Under the pieces are notes generated by a model, which was not told where the DNA came from, did not search any database, and saw only the letters and a program-made list of their open reading frames with translations. Made by a program: the position numbers and the translations under genes. This document shows positions 60,602 through 64,000 of a DNA stretch of 64,000 bases, in pieces. Origin of the DNA: Cyanophora paradoxa CCMP329 (lineage: Eukaryota; Plantae; Glaucophyta); contig QPMI01000399.1 in the NCBI GenBank assembly GCA_004431415.1, positions 1 through 64,000 of the forward strand, written 5' to 3'. How positions within the stretch are numbered: the stretch's first letter is position 1; each line of letters begins with the position of its first letter.

Positions 60602-60683
60602 CCAAGAAATCCAGCCAATCACCAACGACATTCGTAAGCATGCCAAGAAATCCAGCCAATCACCAACGACATTCGTAAGCATG
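60602..60683. repeat. 41-bp direct tandem duplication
   Basis: ccaagaaatccagccaatcaccaacgacattcgtaagcatg twice. Confidence 0.9.
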
Positions 60684-63467
60684 ACATAGTGCATCGTGTG
60701 CATGCTGGATGTTCTTTGGGATAGAAAGAGTTCAGGAAAGAAAGGCGTTTGAGATGAAGTGCACAGCCTCGCAGCACAACTGTGCCCGTTGGAGAAGACC
60801 AATGATGGTGGCCCAACGCAGCTGGAAAGGAGTGCGTAGATCAGCCATACTCCAGTTTGAACTACACGGAACGCTTCACACCTTGGAGGCGACTTCGGAG
60901 CAAACAGCCTCCCAGAGTGCCAGTGCTCGCAGGAATAGCTCTGCGGCAATCACAAAGAAGCTCTGTAGAGAGTGTGAGAGGGTAAGGGTGGGGGGGGGGG
61001 GGAGGAAGGAGGGGGGAGGAGGAAGGAGGGGGGGGCGGGGGGAGGGGGGCACAAAAAATTCCTCCAGAGCGTAAGTGGCGTGGCTCGAGTTTGAAGCGGG
61101 CTTGCCCTGCCCTCCCCACATCGTCCGGAACAACATCTGGTGAGTGCCTGAGGCTCCTCACAACACTTATGAGAGCGCCTCATGCGAACCCCAAGGCTGT
61201 TTAGGGCCGTGATCCCGTCGGACAGATGCTGAGCGAGCGCCTCTCCACAGCGCGCCAAGGCCAACGGGCTTTCGGAGGTGTCCCGCCCGTGGCTGAAACA
61301 GTCGCCAAATCCGCACCACCCGTTGTCCAAGCAGAGCCCTGGTGAAAGTGGTGGGGGCACAGCCGCGACCTGAGCGGTGTGGACCTCCGCGACAATGTCC
61401 GTGATTTGCTCAAGAAAGCCCTGCGCGACGCCCTCCAAGGCCCGCGCGGCCTGTGCGAGGTCGCCCGAGGCCGCCGATTTCCGCAATCTCTGCTGGAGAA
61501 AAACAGTTCTGCGGACTGCATCGGACCGCGAAGGGGAGCGAACGATTAGTGTCCGCACCTGCAGGCAACGAACTTGAGGACTGCGAGAAGTGAGATGCGC
61601 GCTCTGAGGACGTTTTGCCAAGTAGAGGACTTGCGCACTGTGCTTTTGAGAGGTCTCAGGCGTCACGCTTAGGTAGAGGTTTAACACGGGAATGTTGTGA
61701 TCTTCCCATGGCTCCGAATCATCCACGATGCGGCGCAGGCGCCGGCATGTCTGCGCATACCCTCTGCTGTGGCGTAGAACAACTACGCAGATTAGCGTAC
61801 CTGGGAAAGCGCAAGCAGCGCGAGGGCTTCCAGGTGAGGTAGAACTCTAGCGCTGATCAGCTGGTCGGGAAGCTGGAGCATGTTCGGCGATCCAAATCGG
61901 CAAAAGCCGTTGGTCAAGCGCTAGATCGAGAGCCTGCTTGCAGCTGGCAAAAAGTTACCGAACAAAAACATTGCTACCCTCTATAGATCCCCCTTCCCTC
62001 CCTTGCCGAGTCGGCCGGCCGCGGCGGGGTTGCTCCCCTCGCGATCGGCCGGCGGGCCCCGGCCGCGGGGTTGCCTGCCCCGCTCCCTGGCGCTCGTGAG
62101 ATTCGGCGCTCGTATAGAACTATCCAGGGGTGGTACCGGTGCAGATACTCTTGGGTGGTGCAGGTATATACGTACTGGTTGGAGGCAAGGTATAGGAGAA
62201 CAGGGGTATACGTATACATAGCAGCTAGCATTGCAACAAGCGAGTCCCTGCGGAGCAGGAGTGGCCTTGGGTCTTGGGGTCTCAAGGCGTGAGGGTGGCC
62301 GCTCTTTGTTTTAAAACGGGGCCCGCAACCGCGCGCGGTTATGGGGGAGGGGGGAGGAGAAATAGGGGGGTCCACTCGGCAAGGGTACACACTCAAGTGA
62401 GAGGGTACAGAATTGTGCTGCAAGGGTACAGATATCGATGCGGGGCCCAATCGGCCGTCTTCACGTCGACGTTGATCGATCGTCGATCGCGATTCACACG
62501 AACAGAGTTTTTTGTTGATACAATCATTGATGTTGTGATCGCCCAAACGTTCGCCAAATGATTGCCAACAAATCTTTCAATTGCGAGCGCCTAATTGATC
62601 TGCCAATTACTGCTAACCAATTACTAACAATGACAGGCGCGCCCGCTCTGTTTATGAGTCTGTGAGAATTTGCATTGGCGAAGGGGAGCCAATGACATTT
62701 GTGCTTGTCCGTGAATGGGGCGATTGAGCTTTTTGGCCAATGGCGATCGGGCTTAACGCGAACAATTTCGTTCATACGTGCTGTTAGTGCTTGTTAGAGG
62801 TGTCACATTTGAAAAGTAGCACCGCCATCGTGCTCCCTAGGGTCGAAAATGGGTACCTAGGTCTAAAAATTTTGTCTATAAAATCAATTTGAAGTTCGGG
62901 ACAAGATAGGCACAGACCTAAGGGCCTCTCCTTTCCCCAAGGCCGATATTAATTGCCAGCAATTTGCAAGCTTAAGTTGGCCCGGATCCGGAGCGCCGAA
63001 CTTTCCCGGAGTCAGTCATGGAGCTCGAGAGCACTAAAAGAGGTGTAAGATCAAGATATATATGTGATACGTGATAAATTGAAAAAACTTATATATAATG
63101 CAAAGCTATCTGGCGAGGCAGGTCCCGCACACAGGGCTTCAAATGCAAAATCCCATTTTTCGTCCGGAACTGTGCAAGCAGTTTCCCCCCCTCGCTGACT
63201 TGCCCCCCCCCCCCCCCCCCCCCCCCTCGCTGACTTCAGCACTAGCCTTCAGCCTGCGGGCGACCTTAACGCCATCGCCTCTAGCTCTGGCAGCAAGCAG
63301 TACTGCCTAGCTAACCCTGGTGTGCTCGCCGGTCGCTTGTTAGAAGAAGAAGAGTATGTCTAAGACACTATAACTGCACTTTTTGACATTTGACCACTTC
63401 TGCCCAAAGTCCTACCCAAACTTTGGGTTTACCCAAAGTTTGGGTAAAAGAGAGAGAGAAATGCAGT

Positions 63468-64000
63468 AGAAGAAGAAGAAGAGTATGTATAAGACATGCC
63501 CAAGCCAGCCGAACGGTTATGACGAAAGGCGAAGGACCCAAAGGCCCAAGGCACAATCGACAGTGAACCAGCCAGACAAGGGTAGTGAAGGCGCAAACGG
63601 GCGCCTATATAGTTCACCATGTATGCCCCGGCGGTCTGGCGCTCATACACGCAAACCTGGAAAACAATCGGCGAAATCCCAATGCGGGCCTCTTCCTAAT
63701 GCCGGCCTGGGGTATTCCCGATCCCGTTTAGAGGTTTAAACCCCAGCAGAAGAAAGATGTTAGAGGTCCATACTATCAGTGTCATCATCGCATTCAATGA
63801 GCACCACAGGAGAGCCAGGATCATCACTGAAAGCCAAAAAGTCAGCAGCAGAGGAAAGATGCAAACGTTTAACAGAAGGAAGGAGAGATTGGTCATTAGC
63901 ATCACCCGCAAATTCCTCAAAGAAACCAGGAGGATCAGGAGAAGGGGGCCGACGGCGCTTAAAGGAGATGTCAGGGGGCAAAACAGGGTCAGTGTCCAAA
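63468..64000 (-). mobile_element. 3' end of the (TTC)n-tailed retroelement (ORF tail + UTR), continues beyond the window; tiny extra stub at 63343-63367
   Basis: gaagaagaagaagagtatgtataagaca shared with 28424-28499; open acidic ORF end at 63760-63999. Confidence 0.7.

Noticed and set aside
60950-61726. 258-aa minus-strand ORF as a host gene
   Set aside because: No recognisable domain, runs into low-complexity sequence; cannot be supported

Overview
GC-rich eukaryotic DNA (short GT-AG/GC-AG introns; organism not determinable from the sequence), dominated by nested, mostly decayed transposons. Retroelements: several copies of an APE-RT-RNaseH-CCHC non-LTR family ('A'), a diverged relative ('C'), an RT-less element encoding only an ORF1-like protein ('B'), a (TTC)n-tailed family, a probable RLE (R2/CRE-like) 3' end in a 2-kb tandem array, and a Gypsy integrase/LTR remnant. 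DNA elements: a TA-flanked Tc1/mariner-type non-autonomous element, a Helitron Rep remnant, a long-TIR element carrying a histone H3-tail mimic ORF, and a fragmented RAG1/Transib-like transposase. Two viral scraps: a Polinton/PLV-type PolB and a fibre-like protein. Two probable host genes: a CCCH-NYN-zinc finger ribonuclease and a secreted Cys-rich protein with tandem 1.57-kb repeats. Most notable observations: (1) recurrent +6-bp X->X.rc(X).X micro-insertions seen between repeat copies, (2) a possible split LINE with ORF1 and ORF2 on separate elements sharing a 5' segment, (3) the RAG1-like relic, (4) the K9-less H3-tail mimic, (5) gene-conversion-like patches in the secreted protein. All homology calls are by-eye motif recognition, not searches. 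Some frameshifts could be assembly errors, and many boundaries are approximate.
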